63,829 bases of DNA, filler included, from Octopus bimaculoides (GCF_001194135.2; 5 parts of 4 records of this genome joined end to end with filler, not necessarily neighbours in it), one strand, 5' to 3'. Positions 25,926-38,705 are shown, numbered from the whole stretch's first letter. Notes: generated by a model from the sequence alone, not told the origin. Numbers and translations are program-made.

Positions 25926-27794
25926 NNNNNNNNNNNNNNNNNNNNNNNNNNNNNNNNNNNNNNNNNNNNTTAATTAATTAANNNNNNNNNNNNNNNNNNN
26001 NNNNNNNNNNNNNNNNNNNNNNNNNAAGTGGGGTTGAGGTTGGAAAAGCGGCTGGAATAGCAATGATGCTACAGGGAGAGGGGGGAGAGGGAGGGGGAGA
26101 AATGATTTGCAGGGGATGGGGAATGAGGGGGAACAGGTGTGGTGCATGGGTGGAGGTGGGGGTGGAGATGAGTCAGTGCAACATGGATGGAGAGCACAAT
26201 ACATGGAACTGCCAGAACTCAGTTTTGTTGAGGGGGGTAGGGTGTCTGTGGGAACCTTATTTCACCTGATCCCAGTCCTTTGCCCTTTCAACTATCAGGG
26301 TCAGGACCCTGAGGGCAGCCAGAGACTCTTCAGCTGGTTTTCTTCAATTCCTTGCCCACAAGTTTCTCTATAGACCACAAAAGCCGATGCATTTCGCTTG
26401 AATGGTATGGAATTATGGAGGATTATGATAATCCTTATTATCACTTAATATCTATTTTCCATGCTGGCATGGGTTGGATGTTTTGACAGGAGCTGGCAAG
26501 GCTGGAGAGCTGCCCAAGCCTCCAATTGTCTGTTTTGGTATGGTTTCTACAGTCGGACGCCCTTCCTAATGCCAACCACTCCAGAGTGTAGTGGGTGCTT
26601 TTTACATGGCACCATCCCATAATAATGAAAATTTAATTATGTGAAAGGGTGGGGGGGATCTCATTTAGACAAAACCACAAAGTTAGAGAGGAAGAAGTTC
26701 AGTCAATTATACGGACCCTAGTATATTACGAGAATTTATTGACCCTCAAAATGGTAAATTTGACATTTTTGAGAATTGATCTCAGAATCTAAAGACAGCA
26801 AACCATTTATTCCAGCAAACCCCCATACCTGCCATTTCCTTATTATTCTTAATAACCAAAATAACAAATGCATATTTGTTTACGATTCCACTAAACTTTA
26901 TTTCTCTTACATTCTATAAAACTGTCATTGACACTGATCTTAATAATAACCATTTTTACATCACAGAAGCTAACTTTTTGCAGAAGCTCACTCAGAAATT
27001 GATTTTTCCTACAAATAGTTTGAAAAATGTGCATCTATTTCCCATATTAAGAGGAGGAAAAACCTTCATAGTTTACAAGACTCTTTAACAACACCAATTG
27101 TTTCTGCATTGCTTGCAGCTGCATTAAAAACAAAGAATTACCAGAAGAAGAAAGCATTTTAATTCTCTTTCCACTTCTTGCTGCAGCCTGTAATACTAGT
27201 CTTTACCAACTTAAAAAGAAAATAATGTTCTCCCTTCACCAAACTTAACCCAGATGTCTTTGTCAACAATATCCCCTTTTGTGACCTCATTTCTTACATC
27301 CTAAATTAACTAGGCTAAATGTACAGTGGGTATGAAACAATGTGTGTTGAGTACAAGACAAACTAGTTTTATAAAATGAATTACGTAAATTGAATTGATA
27401 ATGATCTTTATAAGATTATAATTTCCTGAAGTATTAAAATTTATTGTTAGAGCAAATGCTTAGAACCTCCATTATGTTTTAATTAATTAGTTCTGCGATT
27501 ATTTCAAGTATTTTATTGTCAGATTTGCACAATGACCTTTATTTCTAAACTAGGGCAATTATCCACTTGGGTCTTAGTGAATAGAAACATGGTTTACACA
27601 CACACACACAGAGGCATGCATGCACACATGCAACTTTAATTTAGAAATGAATACAAGTCCTATGTAAAACACTGTCAATACAGTGAAAATAAGAGCACCA
27701 CAACAAACCACAGCACATACCCAAGGCACAGAGAGCTGCGCTTGGGGTAGTGCAGTGAAAGACTACTGAATAATAATAATAATAATAATAAAAG

Positions 27795-28600
27795 TAAAAG
27801 ATAAAGATGAGTTTGAGTGGTAAAAGACCTGGCAAGGGCTATGGAAGGGCAACTTGAAAGGCTGCAATGAGGCATTAGTGAGCAGAGCAAGAGAACAGAC
27901 CTCAGAATGAAATAGACTGAGTATTGATAAAAGCACTGACTCATCACCAATGTAGAATGTGTTCTGGAAGGAGAAAGCTGAAGCCACATTGTCAGTGAGA
28001 ATATAAAAGGAGACATGACATCATGGCCAGGTATGTGTAATGGTAGCTGTGTTATAAAGGAAAAGCTTGTGAGAACCGAGCTATGGTATGAACACAAGCT
28101 AGAGGGGGGGGGGGTACTGGAAAATGGACAAAACATAAAATCCACTGGGATATTGATATATAATGTGATCAGGTCATAGAGTCGAGTCAACCAGATATTA
28201 ATCTCATCAATAAAGATGGAAAAGAGGTTAAGGTCAGAGATGTTGCAATACCAGGTGATTCGGAGATGAAAGGTAAAGAACGAGAAAAGATGGAGAAATA
28301 CCAGCAAATGAGGGACGAGTTAGAAAGGAGTTTAGGTATGAGGAAAGTGATTGCGGTATCAATAGTAATTGGAGCATTGGGAGCGGTCTCTAAGAGGTTT
28401 GAAATGATCATGGAGAATATTGGTGTTACTCTCAGACTTGAAGTGATCCAGAAAATAGCTTTGTTGACTCAACAAGGAAAGTCTTGTCTTTTAGAGGAGA
28501 AAGCCTTACTTGAAAACGTTGGTAATTCGTTATTACCTGCTTTCAAGGAAAGAAAATCTGAGAATAAAAATTTAGTTGAGTGTCAGAGGAAAATAATAAT
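27795..28600 (+). mobile_element. Decayed RLE-type non-LTR retrotransposon (R4/Dong/NeSL-like): Zn-knuckle plus restriction-like endonuclease
   Basis: Frameshifted TWQGLWKGNLK..KCRMC..EYKRRHD..WYEHK..ENGQN..DVAIPGD...EKMEKYQQMRDEL...IVIGALGAV. Confidence 0.85.
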
Positions 28601-28859
28601 TATGATTGTCTGATATAAGCACAACCCCAACAGTTTTGAGAGAAGAGGGTAGTCAATAAGATGTGACTTCAGAATCGAGCTTCTATCTTATTCTGTCGAA
28701 CCCCTCGAAAGATGGAGGACAAAGTGAACCTCAGTAGGATTTGAAATCACAATGTCAAGAGCTACAACAAATTCTGCAAAACATTTTGTCCCTTGGCCAA
28801 ACAATTATTCCAAATATATATTAATAAATATAATTGTTGCTTCGTTTGTATGTTAAATT

Positions 28860-29145
28860 AATTTTAACATATTTAATACAAAGGAGCATGGGAAAATCTA
28901 GCCAGTCGGCATTTCGGTGTTCTCCGCATTAAATTTGTTAAGACTAACTTAACTGATATTATTTCATACAGAGGCGTCTCTGAGTAGCTCTTCTCGCACA
29001 AGGTGCTCCCTCTGTATTTAAAAAAGAAAATTATATTTAAGTTATCTCCCTTGCAGTACCTGACCTCAACACATTTCCACGTGTGTTTCGCTCCGTCTCC
29101 ACGAGTTGGCTTTTCTCATTTGGTTTAGAAGAAAACTCTTCGAAA
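28860..29145 (+). promoter_or_regulatory. NOP10 promoter/5'UTR region
   Basis: CpG-retaining unique sequence immediately upstream of the NOP10 ATG, contrasting with CpG-poor DNA to its left. Confidence 0.6.
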
Positions 29146-29199
29146 ATGCTTTTAATGTATTATATGAATGAAAAGGGAGAAAAGGTTTATACCCTGAAA
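29146..29199 (+). CDS. NOP10: H/ACA RNP subunit NOP10, coding exon 1 (MLLMYYMNEKGEKVYTLK)
   Basis: Resembles human MFLQYYLNEQGDRVYTLK; AAA|GTAAGT donor at 29200; lies in a CpG-containing promoter-like region. Confidence 0.95.
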
Positions 29200-30959
29200 G
29201 TAAGTCTTGCTATTTTTTACTTTTAAATATATTTTACTTTAACGTATTTGGAAGAAATGCGTCGAAATGGGAAGAAAATAGACATTTTTGGAATAAGCAA
29301 TTCTTTCCCAATTAGAATATTTTACGAAATAGAGAAATACCAAACGATTGAAGTTAAAAAACATCTCCCGACTAATTCAATATTTGTTCTTACAAATCTC
29401 TCATTTACCAGTTTCAACGGAATCTTGCTGCGGTTTTTATTATTCATTTGATTTGATTCTTGCAGTTATTGACTCCTTTTTGAACCCCACAAGGTTTATA
29501 AAAAGCAAAAGGTCCTTATATATACGGATATCATCTGTTACCTGCAAATATTGGACTCGTGCTTTGTCAACAAATACATTTTATATCAATTACGGAGATC
29601 TACTTGTACACTGAAATTGCATATAATCAAAATAATCGTAATATTACATCCTCGAAAATGTCTCTCTTGAAAAATTTCATTAAAAGTATTCANNNNNNNN
29701 NNGTTGATTAAATTAATTTTCTATTTTTCTGATCTTGTAAAGTTTATGAGGGATTGATGCTTTCCCGTGTGGGACATTCGGTTTGGAATATCTGAACAAA
29801 TTTGTGAAATATGCCAAAGCTAAATTCCGTGTTATTAATACAATCTAGTCTTAGCAACACGCAGTGAAGCCAACTTGTTAATGAACAGACATTACAATTA
29901 ATATCTAACACTTTTTTAATTGAAATAAGTAAAATGGTAATCGTATAACAAAGTAGTCTAATTAGAAACAAAACCAACCGTACAATTTGGTTTCAGGAAT
30001 TACCGAAACGAATAAAACACCTTGTTTGAAGTAGGTACCTAATAGGTAACTGAGGAGAATAGCGACCTAATTTTATGAAAAGCCATCATAGTTTACATGA
30101 AAGATAGAACCACAAAATATTGTTTACTATTTTTTCGTTACTTCAGAGACAAAAAAGAAATACTTGAATTTTAAAAAGACCTGTTATTACGACGAGAGAG
30201 AAAAATACAAAACATCTTGGTTACTTCTAGATTTAATAACGCATAAGAGTCGGCAATGTTTCTTGTTTTAAAAACGTGAATAAAAGAAACAAAACATTTT
30301 GGTGACTTAAAAGTATTTTATTAAATGTTTTTTTTAATTTATAAGATGTTATGGTGTATATAAATTATCAGAAATGTCGAAAAGATGCAATTTATAAACA
30401 CATTTTGTATTTTAGAAGTTATTTCGTGTTGTCGTATTTGTGTAATTTTAACCGATCAATGATGTGTATTCAGTTAAAGAAAATTACTGCTGCTGTTTGC
30501 GAACAACTTCCGGGTCCACTCCCTTAACAAAACCCTTCTTTAATAACCAAAGATGTTTTTATAGCAACATAGGTTTACTGTATCAGGGTTGATTTGAGGC
30601 TAAATGACAACAAACTTATTACTGAGACAGACCAACGACGGGGCCTGTGTGTGGCTAGACAAGACTCCTTAACTGAGAAGGGAACAGGTTTTGGAGGGAG
30701 GTGGCTTTGTGCCAGGCGATGAGAGGTTAGAATATGAACGGAGGTACAGAAATAGGTGTCTTGCAGTAGAGGAAGAGATACATGACTACCTCGGTTGGAG
30801 AGAGAGAGAGAGTATAATGAGTAGGCAGAAGTTGAGAGAGAGCAGAGTTCAGGAGGGTTTGTTGTGAGAAAGAGATTTGACAGGGACACGGGTGCAGATA
30901 GGTTTGCAAGTAAATGGGGAACCTGGGTGGAGGGAGGGACAATGCCTTTAGAGCCTTGA

Positions 30960-31200
30960 TTTCACATCTTCTCAAGCACATGGAATTACCAATAACCTTG
31001 TCCTCTCCTTGATGAGGTTCACCTTTAGATCATTTTTCATCACTTCATGCCATGTCTTGCTCTTCTACAGGTTCCCTCCATATTTGAAGATCCACACTTT
31101 CTTCTGCCGCTGTCTTCATCCGCGTCTCATGATCATGCCAGTGCAGTCTTCTCTCTTGCGCACCACAGCTGGTGCCACTTCTGTCCAATATTTCTCTTAA
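30960..31200 (-). mobile_element. Degraded RTE fragment in the NOP10 intron
   Basis: Reverse-strand ...KTWHEVMKNDL... with stops; homologous to 21677-21967. Confidence 0.65.
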
Positions 31201-32399
31201 ATCATGGGAAGTACAATATTAAAAACTAGGAGAAAAAAAGAAACCCTCTAGATATACAAAGTTTATTAGATTTCAAATTAACAGAAATGCTTGATTTACA
31301 ATTGAAAATATTGACAAAAAATATTTGATTTTTACAAATTGCATAACTATTGGCTGACTTCCATGCTGGTGGCACATAAAAAGCACCAATTGATCATTGC
31401 CATTGCCAGCCTCCTCTGACCCCTGTGCCAGTGGCATGTAAAAAGCACCCACTAAACTCAGTGATTGGCATTAGGAAGGGCATCCAGCTGTAGAAACACT
31501 TCCAGATCAGACTGGAGCCTGGTGCAGCCTCTTGGCATCCCAGACCCCGGTCAAACCGTCCGACCCATGCCAGCATGGAAAACGGACGTTAAGCAATGAT
31601 GATGATCGTCATCATTTTGTCTGTTTCTCTATATAGCCATCTGTATCTCTCATTTTTTTTTATCCTTAATTACAAACACATACATGTCATCGTCGTAATT
31701 TAATGTCCGTTTTCCTTGCTGGCATGGGTTGGACAGTTTGGCAGGAATAAGGCAAACCACAGATGTGCTGCTAAGCTCCAATGTCAGCTTCAGCACGATT
31801 TCCATGGCCCAAAGCCTACTACGAGCACAAGACCTGAAATGTTTTTAGTGGAGGGGCTGGCCAATTACATTGACCCTATTGCTCAGCTGGTGCTTATTTC
31901 ATCAACCCCAAAAGGATGAAAAGCAAAGTCGACCTTGGTGGAATTTGAACTCTGAACATAGAGATGGATGAACTGCCGCTAAGCATTTTCTCTTTCATGC
32001 TAACCATTTTTCTGCCGATTAAGAAGAATAATAATTTATTCGTTTAGTGGCAAATAGAATGGATTATTCTTGTAATTTTTGTGAGAGGCCAAACGAGTCT
32101 CAATCCGTTCTGCCTTTTCCTTAACCACCCATTTCTCTAAAGAGAAGCTTGTGTACCTGTGTCTGTGTGCACTTGTGTACCTGTGCATGTGTGTATCTGT
32201 GTCTGTCTGCACGTGTGTACCACAGAAACTGTCCCATTCTTGGCCCGTTCGGGGTCCACTGGCATGAAGAGCCCCAGTATCAAATGGTCTCATTTGATGT
32301 AGTTGTCATTTGAAATTGTATTTTTATGTTCTTCAAATGTAGCTTTTTTTGTGTTATTTTTGTTTGTTACTTGTTAAATAATTTGTCTTGTTCTTACAG

Positions 32400-32540
32400 A
32401 AGATGGACCCTCAAGGAAACCCAACATTTTCTGCTCACCCAGCCAGATTTTCACCTGATGATGTTTATTCAAGACACAGAGTCACCATCAAGAAAAGATT
32501 TGGTATTTTATTAACACAGCAACCTAAGCTTTCATATTGA
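32400..32540 (+). CDS. NOP10: NOP10 coding exon 2 ([46 protein letters not shown])
   Basis: Invariant [11 protein letters not shown] motif; ttcttacag acceptor, phase 0; total 64 aa, the canonical NOP10 length. Confidence 0.97.
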   Translation, partial: KMDPQGNPTFSAHPARFSPDDVYSRHRVTIKKRFGILLTQQPKLSY

Positions 32541-34739
32541 ACAATGATGCTTCTATACTTAAAGGCCAGTGGTTAAATGGAATGACCAAAGCGACCACTC
32601 GCAGCTCTAACAACCTTAGTGACATCACAGTCTTATGGTTTCTCTCCTGTATGTGGCTTTTGAAAGCCTTTTTAATCATCATGGAAGAATTACACAGCTT
32701 CCACTAATTTAATCGTAATTCTCAGATCCTTGGCATCATTAAAATCTAGAAATGTTAAACTTCACACGATGTTTCCTTGTGGAATTATATTTTTACAAGT
32801 TCACAGAACATTCTCCATTTGTATTTACAGGAGACGCTAAGGCCCTTAGCATTTTCTAATGGATTTTGAGTCTGGGTGAGAGGCATGATTTCATCACCAA
32901 GGGCATAAATTTTGGTCCCTTTAACTGTTCTGTTACCAGAGCTGCCTGAAACTGCCTTTGCTTTTCTGATACAAACTTCCTGTTTTAAAGGGGGACCTAA
33001 ATAAAAACCTTGCATTTCAATTTATGTTCCAAGCCTCAGATTAACAAGAGTCATTTTTTTGCTAAATTCTTCATTTTCCAAATTAATTTCAACAGGTTAA
33101 TCACGATTGAAAATTATCATCGTTGTTTAACATCTGCTTTCCATGCTGGCAGGGATTACACATTCTTCCAGGCTGAGCTAATCTCTAGAGTTCTCTCTCG
33201 TAAACTAGTTTTATTAATTCAATTGGAAGTGGCCTTGGATGTTGTTTAGCAAATCCAAAGTTGGTTCCATCTGAGAACTTTCTAGATGGAAACTGATTAT
33301 TCTTTTTCTTAGCATGAAGCAGAGGCCTTGCTGTCTTATGCATTGTGTAATCACCAGAGATTCTGAAATGCAAAACTATTTCTTTGGTTTGTATCATGTT
33401 TTGTATATTGGTGGCATTGAAGAGTGTAGGAAACGTAGATTCTGAGACAAAATGAAGGAAACTTAATATAAAGAAAAAAGTTTTTTCAGTTCTTCACTGG
33501 TAGTTCAAAAGTAATGTTTTTTAAATCATTAGAAACTAAAACTTGAAAGAAATTGAGGACAATTAAAGTGTTTTTATTCAGAAATGTTTTTGATATAAAT
33601 TTTGAATAAAAAAAAAAAACATTACTTTTGAATTACCTGAAATACAGAAATTAATTTAAAAAATCAAAGTTTTGGATAAATTTACAAGTTTATTTAGAAA
33701 ATTGATCAGAGTTGAATGCTATTTAATATAGCAAATCCTGATGAGTTTACCAGAATAGTTCATCTTTGGCACAAAGTTCTTTTGTATTGTTTGAATCACA
33801 GAAAGATAAAGAATATTAAAAAATAAGAGAATGCAAATTGACTAGGACTTGTTAGAAAAAAAACATGTAAATGAAGTGTAAAAGTTTTTTTTCTAGTTTT
33901 GATTTGTTGTGTGTCTTTTGATCCAAGACCGTTTCTTTAGGATATAAAACTGCCATATCTTGTAAAGTGTTCATATCAGCCTTCCATAAATGTGACCCCT
34001 TTAAGTGTTAATTTGAAACACCCATTTAGCCCTTTTAATTGCAGCCAAACTAGTAAAGTGTCCCAACTGATATCCAATTCTCATCATAGGAATATTTCAG
34101 TTGGTCAACTCTAACATAACGAACCGATAGCTAAGATTAGAGATACTCTTTCTTAATTAATTCCAAATCTTGATCGTTTTGAATTATGTTAGTAATGAAA
34201 ATAGTTACGCCTTGAATTTGTGATTTCTTTTCCAAATTAATTCAAACCCCTGGGTGGTGTATCGTACTACAAATGTGATGAGAAAAGCATTAACGTGTAC
34301 TTTGCAAATGAAACACCTGAGATTCTTGATAATGGGGCAGTTTTCTTCACAATACTGTTTAATTCAAGTCTAAAAGAGAGGAAAAAAAAAAAGTCTTTAG
34401 ATTTCTAGATGACATTTATAGACAGTGAAAGTTATTCTGATCACTCGGGGCTGAAGCCTTCAAACAGCAGCAATAACTGACTGATAACATTTAACAAAAC
34501 AAAAAAAAGACCCAGTTTGGAACACACGAACTTTGCAATCATGTGATTATAATAAGCAACTCCCATTGTGTGTTTGTGCTACTTTTCCCTGTTACTATTT
34601 GTTTTATTCCATGTCTTGTAAAATGCAGAGTTATTAGTCAAACCTCATCATTTGAGGCTCAATACTTTTCATATGAAGATGTGGATTGTAAACACACAGA
34701 GCTGGAGTTGCTAGAAGTAATAGCCAGTTCTTACTCAAA

Positions 34740-34753
34740 TCACAGAATACCAT
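34740..34753 (-). CDS. ANKS6: Candidate ANKS6 terminal coding exon (DGIL*), nearest of three options
   Basis: ttttttctaaag|ATGGTATTCTGTGA is phase-1 compatible and followed by AT-rich, mostly unique UTR-like sequence; no homology support. Confidence 0.4.
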
Positions 34754-34889
34754 CTTTAGAAAAAAGCACAGCATAGATGTTGATGCGTAATAAGACAGGA
34801 AACTGCTAGTGGTCTTTTTAATCGGAACTGATTTGTGGCTAAGCGACCGACAACAACTTTTTGAATAATGTAATTCTCAATGTATCACC

Positions 34890-35140
34890 ATCATTTAACA
34901 TCTGCTTTCCATGCTGGCATGGGTTGGACGGTTTGACTGAAAGCTGGGAGGCTGCACCAGGTTCCAATCTGATTTGGCATGCTTTCTATGGCTAGCAGAT
35001 GGCCTTTCTAATGCCAACCACTGCAAGAGTGTAGTGGGTGCCAGTTACACAACACTGACATCAGCCACGACCACGATTTCACTCGGCTTGTCGGGTCTTC
35101 TCAAGCACAGAATATCACCAAAGGTCCCCGTCACTGCCTC
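34890..35140 (-). mobile_element. 5'-truncated RTE LINE copy (ORF end plus 3'UTR)
   Basis: Reverse complement shares gagaagacccg..aagcc.agtga.atcgt with 21950-21985 and continues into the abundant ggaagggcatccagc...gatgatg tail, linking that tail family to RTE. Confidence 0.75.
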
Positions 35141-35302
35141 TTTATGTTTAGAGAAAACACAAAAAAAATAGGCAGGGTTGGTCATGACTGGAACATTTTG
35201 GATCAATGATGTGGTGAGTTGGGGCTGGAGGTTAAATAATGAAATGACAATAAAGCAAATCAAGCCATTGAGAATAGGTGAGAATATAGAGGAATTGCTT
35301 AC

Positions 35303-35369
35303 CTTCAGTTAAACTTTGAGCTTTCTGAAACAATGTCAAAGTCTCCCGGAATTGTTGTCTTTCACGACC
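35303..35369 (-). CDS. ANKS6: ANKS6 coding exon 16
   Basis: GRERQQFRETLTLFQKAQSLTE vs ANKS6 GRERQILQETIHNF; AAG|gtaagc donor; ends in phase 1. Confidence 0.9.
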
Positions 35370-36166
35370 CTGCAATTATATAAAATGATGCTTTTTAACT
35401 CCACACCCTTAAGGTAATTGTTATTAGAATTAAGGTGAGTTAATTACGCCATTAGCATTCAGATTACTTAGTCAAATGTTTGAAGAATTAATTGGATCTT
35501 ATCTTGTAGATTTCCGGTTTTGATGATACGATTCTATATTTTGAGAATGACATTATAGGATAGGTATGAGAGGCCAGATCCGACCTGCTTGAACATAAAA
35601 CAAGGAATATTTGAGCCACACTGTGCTCGTTTTGAATGCTAAAGGGTTAAAAGAAGGAATGTCTCAGATTATTCATTCAGTCTCTAAATAATTCTAGTTT
35701 TCTACATCAATTAATGTACATATTAATTAAATTTGTGTCTATTAATTGATGTACATTTAATGATTCACTCATCAAGACTTCAACAAATACTACAAAGTGC
35801 ATGCTCTGTTGATGAGGTCATATACATATATCAAGATGGAACTATGTTCAGAGTTGTCTCCCATGCTTGCTAAAATAATTCAGAGAACAAGGTTAGTCAT
35901 TAACTCATATTGTCTTTTCCTCCCCACATAATTATTTCTAATTAGTTTTTTAATGCCCCATCATTAAATATTGTCGACACTAACTTCATTACTTTTTCAT
36001 GTAAATGGACACTAAGTTTTATTTTCAAAATTGTCGGGGGAGGGGTGAAGGCATTAAGAGGTGGGAGATGTTCAGAGTTTACGGACATTGTTAATTAGAA
36101 GTTTTTTATATTTCAGGAAATATAAAAATAATAGTAACAATGATGAAAACATCGAAATAAAATTAC

Positions 36167-36283
36167 CTTTCCTGTCTCTAGTTCTGTGATTGCTGCTAGA
36201 ATCTGTCTTCGAGATTCATTGTGTGAGATTCCAAGTTCTTTCAGGTCTCGGTCAGTGAGAGTCAGAAATGCTTCCATGTCAAC
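36167..36283 (-). CDS. ANKS6: ANKS6 coding exon 15 (SAM domain, second part)
   Basis: [39 protein letters not shown] vs ANKS6 [39 protein letters not shown]. Confidence 0.95.
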
Positions 36284-36675
36284 CTAATTAGTGGGAGAAA
36301 ATCAAAAACAGACTTTGATTAAGGGCAAAGAAAAACATCAGTGCAGGACTTGATTGCTAAACTCTTCTTTTGTTACTGTGTGTTCTTGCAGTGATTGCCA
36401 ATCATTGAAGGAATCGGTAAACTAGGACTTTAACAAAAAGAAAAAAAGAAGCTTTGTATATTTGTTCCCCCATGTTGCACAGACAATCCCTTGTCACTCT
36501 TGCCATCAAAATACAGTGAATCGATGATTGATCTGCTGCAAATGAGGGTGTTCTTTTGCATAAAATGTGATTCGATGTTTTAAAAATCAGGAAACCATTT
36601 ACATTGCAGTGTAGAAATTGTCTTATGAACTGTAAAGTGTGAAAACCCAACATAACATAAGAAAATGCTTATTAC

Positions 36676-36743
36676 CTCTTGTTCTTCAAATATCGGATGG
36701 TATCTTTCTAGAGATAATTTCTTGAGTATTCCAGATAATTCAT
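36676..36743 (-). CDS. ANKS6: ANKS6 coding exon 14 (SAM domain, first part)
   Basis: [23 protein letters not shown] vs ANKS6 [23 protein letters not shown]. Confidence 0.95.
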
Positions 36744-36794
36744 CTGAAGCAGCAAGGAAACGAAAATTTTAGAATGCTTAAAATTCATAAAGTT

Positions 36795-36832
<38 letters not shown>

Positions 36833-38185
36833 TTTATTTAAAAGCAGCTGAAATATAACAAAAAGCTCCTTGTGTTTGTATATTTGTGCCTCCTTGTCTT
36901 GACATTGCATGCTAGTTGTAAAGGAGTGTCATTTGTCTCCAGTCTTCCATGGAAACATGTCCATTCTTGGGTAAATATTACCTTGCTTGAGACAAGTGAA
37001 GACTGGCAACAAGAAGAGGAATTTGGCTGTAAGAGATCTGCCTCAATGAATTCCGTCTGACCCATGCTAGCATGAAAAACGATGATGATGATGAGCTTTA
37101 ATTAAATACACTAATGAAAAGAAATACCTTATCACCTGCAGCAACTCACCAAACCATCCTTTTTAGCAGCCAATTATAACATCCATCCATTGTCTTGCTG
37201 TGTTCTTGGCACATTTCTATCTTACCTAAATTCCAACGCTTGTCCTAAATGTTTGCAGTGGATTACATCTCATATTTTCATATGTGCATGTATATATATG
37301 TATATAAACATAAATATATATATATATATAAATATAAACACACACACACACACATGTATAGCCTTCTTCTGTTGATTTTCTGCCAAGTTGATTTATGTTC
37401 TTCGTGTGCAACCTAATTCTGTTTTGTAATCAGTAAAAAGTAAACAGACAAAGCTAATTGTGCATCTCTTAGCCATTCTGTTTGGATATTCCTGCCTTTT
37501 ATCAAACCATGACAGGATTCTTGCAAAAACAACAAACAAACAAACAAAAAAAACTGCTGCAAGCTATCATTCTGTTCTGCTTCTTGAATATTTAGTCTGC
37601 TGTTTCATTATCTGATGCTGAGTCAGTATCTTAGTTACAGTTTGCTGGGTTTGTCTCTCTCTCTCTGACACAGTTGGAGTTGCCAGAAATAAATCATCCT
37701 TAATCCTTTAGCATTCACATTATTATTCAGCCAAATGCTTTTTTTTATTCTCATTGTGTTGTAGCTTTGAGATTTTGGTGAGAGGCCAGATCTGACCAGT
37801 TTAAACATAAAACAGGGAGAATATTTTGGGGTCAGATATGGCTGGTTAAATGCTAAAGGGTTAAATTACATCCAACTTTGATAGAATAGGGAAAATGCAT
37901 TGGACAGTGTAGTCCTTGGTATATAAAAAGATGAGATGGTCACATTTGGATTGCTCTTGATTACAGACTTGCTCGATGAAAGTCGTCTTGAGCTTAAACA
38001 ACAATCTCGACCCCTCCCTCCCCTCTATTCCTGACTCTCTAGATCACTCCATGATGCCAAACCATCATCTCTGCTTCTTCCTCTTCTCTCAAACCCTCAA
38101 ACAACAATTTGGTTTTAATTCCAATGTCTGCAGTCAAACCATATTAAACAGATTTTTCAAAGAATCCAAGACAAAAATTCCTCAC

Positions 38186-38234
38186 CTTCTGATCCTATGT
38201 GCTTCTTGTCTTCACAGTAAATTTCCTCTTCAGT
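38186..38234 (-). CDS. ANKS6: ANKS6 coding exon 13 (49 nt, TEEEIYCEDKKHIGSE)
   Basis: tttgtag|ACT...GAAG|gtgagg; phase 0 to 1, joining to D-ELSGILKK. Confidence 0.7.
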
Positions 38235-38545
38235 CTACAAATAGAAGAGAAAATAAAACACAAAATAAACCAGTTCTTTCGTAGTCAGGGAACTCGTGTA
38301 TCAGCTGCCTGGACCCTAAAATTATCCCCTTTAGATACAATAAATGAAATAAGGAATTCTTTCATAGCGCCATGGGCCTGCCCATTAACAACATTGTTAT
38401 GAATCGTGTCACATCTAAAATACTTTTCTTCCTTCAAAAACAACCTACGATGATGAGGGGACGTTAATTACATTTAAAATCCTGTTGAGAAGATGAGTTC
38501 ATTAAGGTGCCGTATGAAATCTAATTACTTCAAAGTTTAACTTAC

Positions 38546-38705
38546 CTTACCAGGTGTTGGAGAAGCTGAAGGTGTTAAGGTAGATGTACTGTGGCCATGA
38601 GATGATCGTTGTGGAGTCATTGAGGAACTGCCACTTGTAGAACTGTCTGGTGAGGTAGTATTAGATGCATTGCGAAACGCCGATAAACCCATTGAAAGTT
38701 TACCA
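38546..38705 (-). CDS. ANKS6: ANKS6 coding exon 12 (Ser/Thr-rich)
   Basis: GKLSMGLSAFRNASNTTSPDSSTSGSSS...STLTPSASPTPGK resembles ANKS6 SPTLTPSPSPKG; AAG|gtaagt donor; phase 2 to 0. Confidence 0.8.

Noticed and set aside
26030-26170. G-rich tract with G-quadruplex potential
   Set aside because: Low-complexity repeat-associated sequence next to a scaffold join, with no functional context.
29200-32399. Intron-encoded snoRNA in NOP10
   Set aside because: No convincing C/D box pair or two-hairpin H/ACA structure by eye; snoscan or Infernal would be needed.
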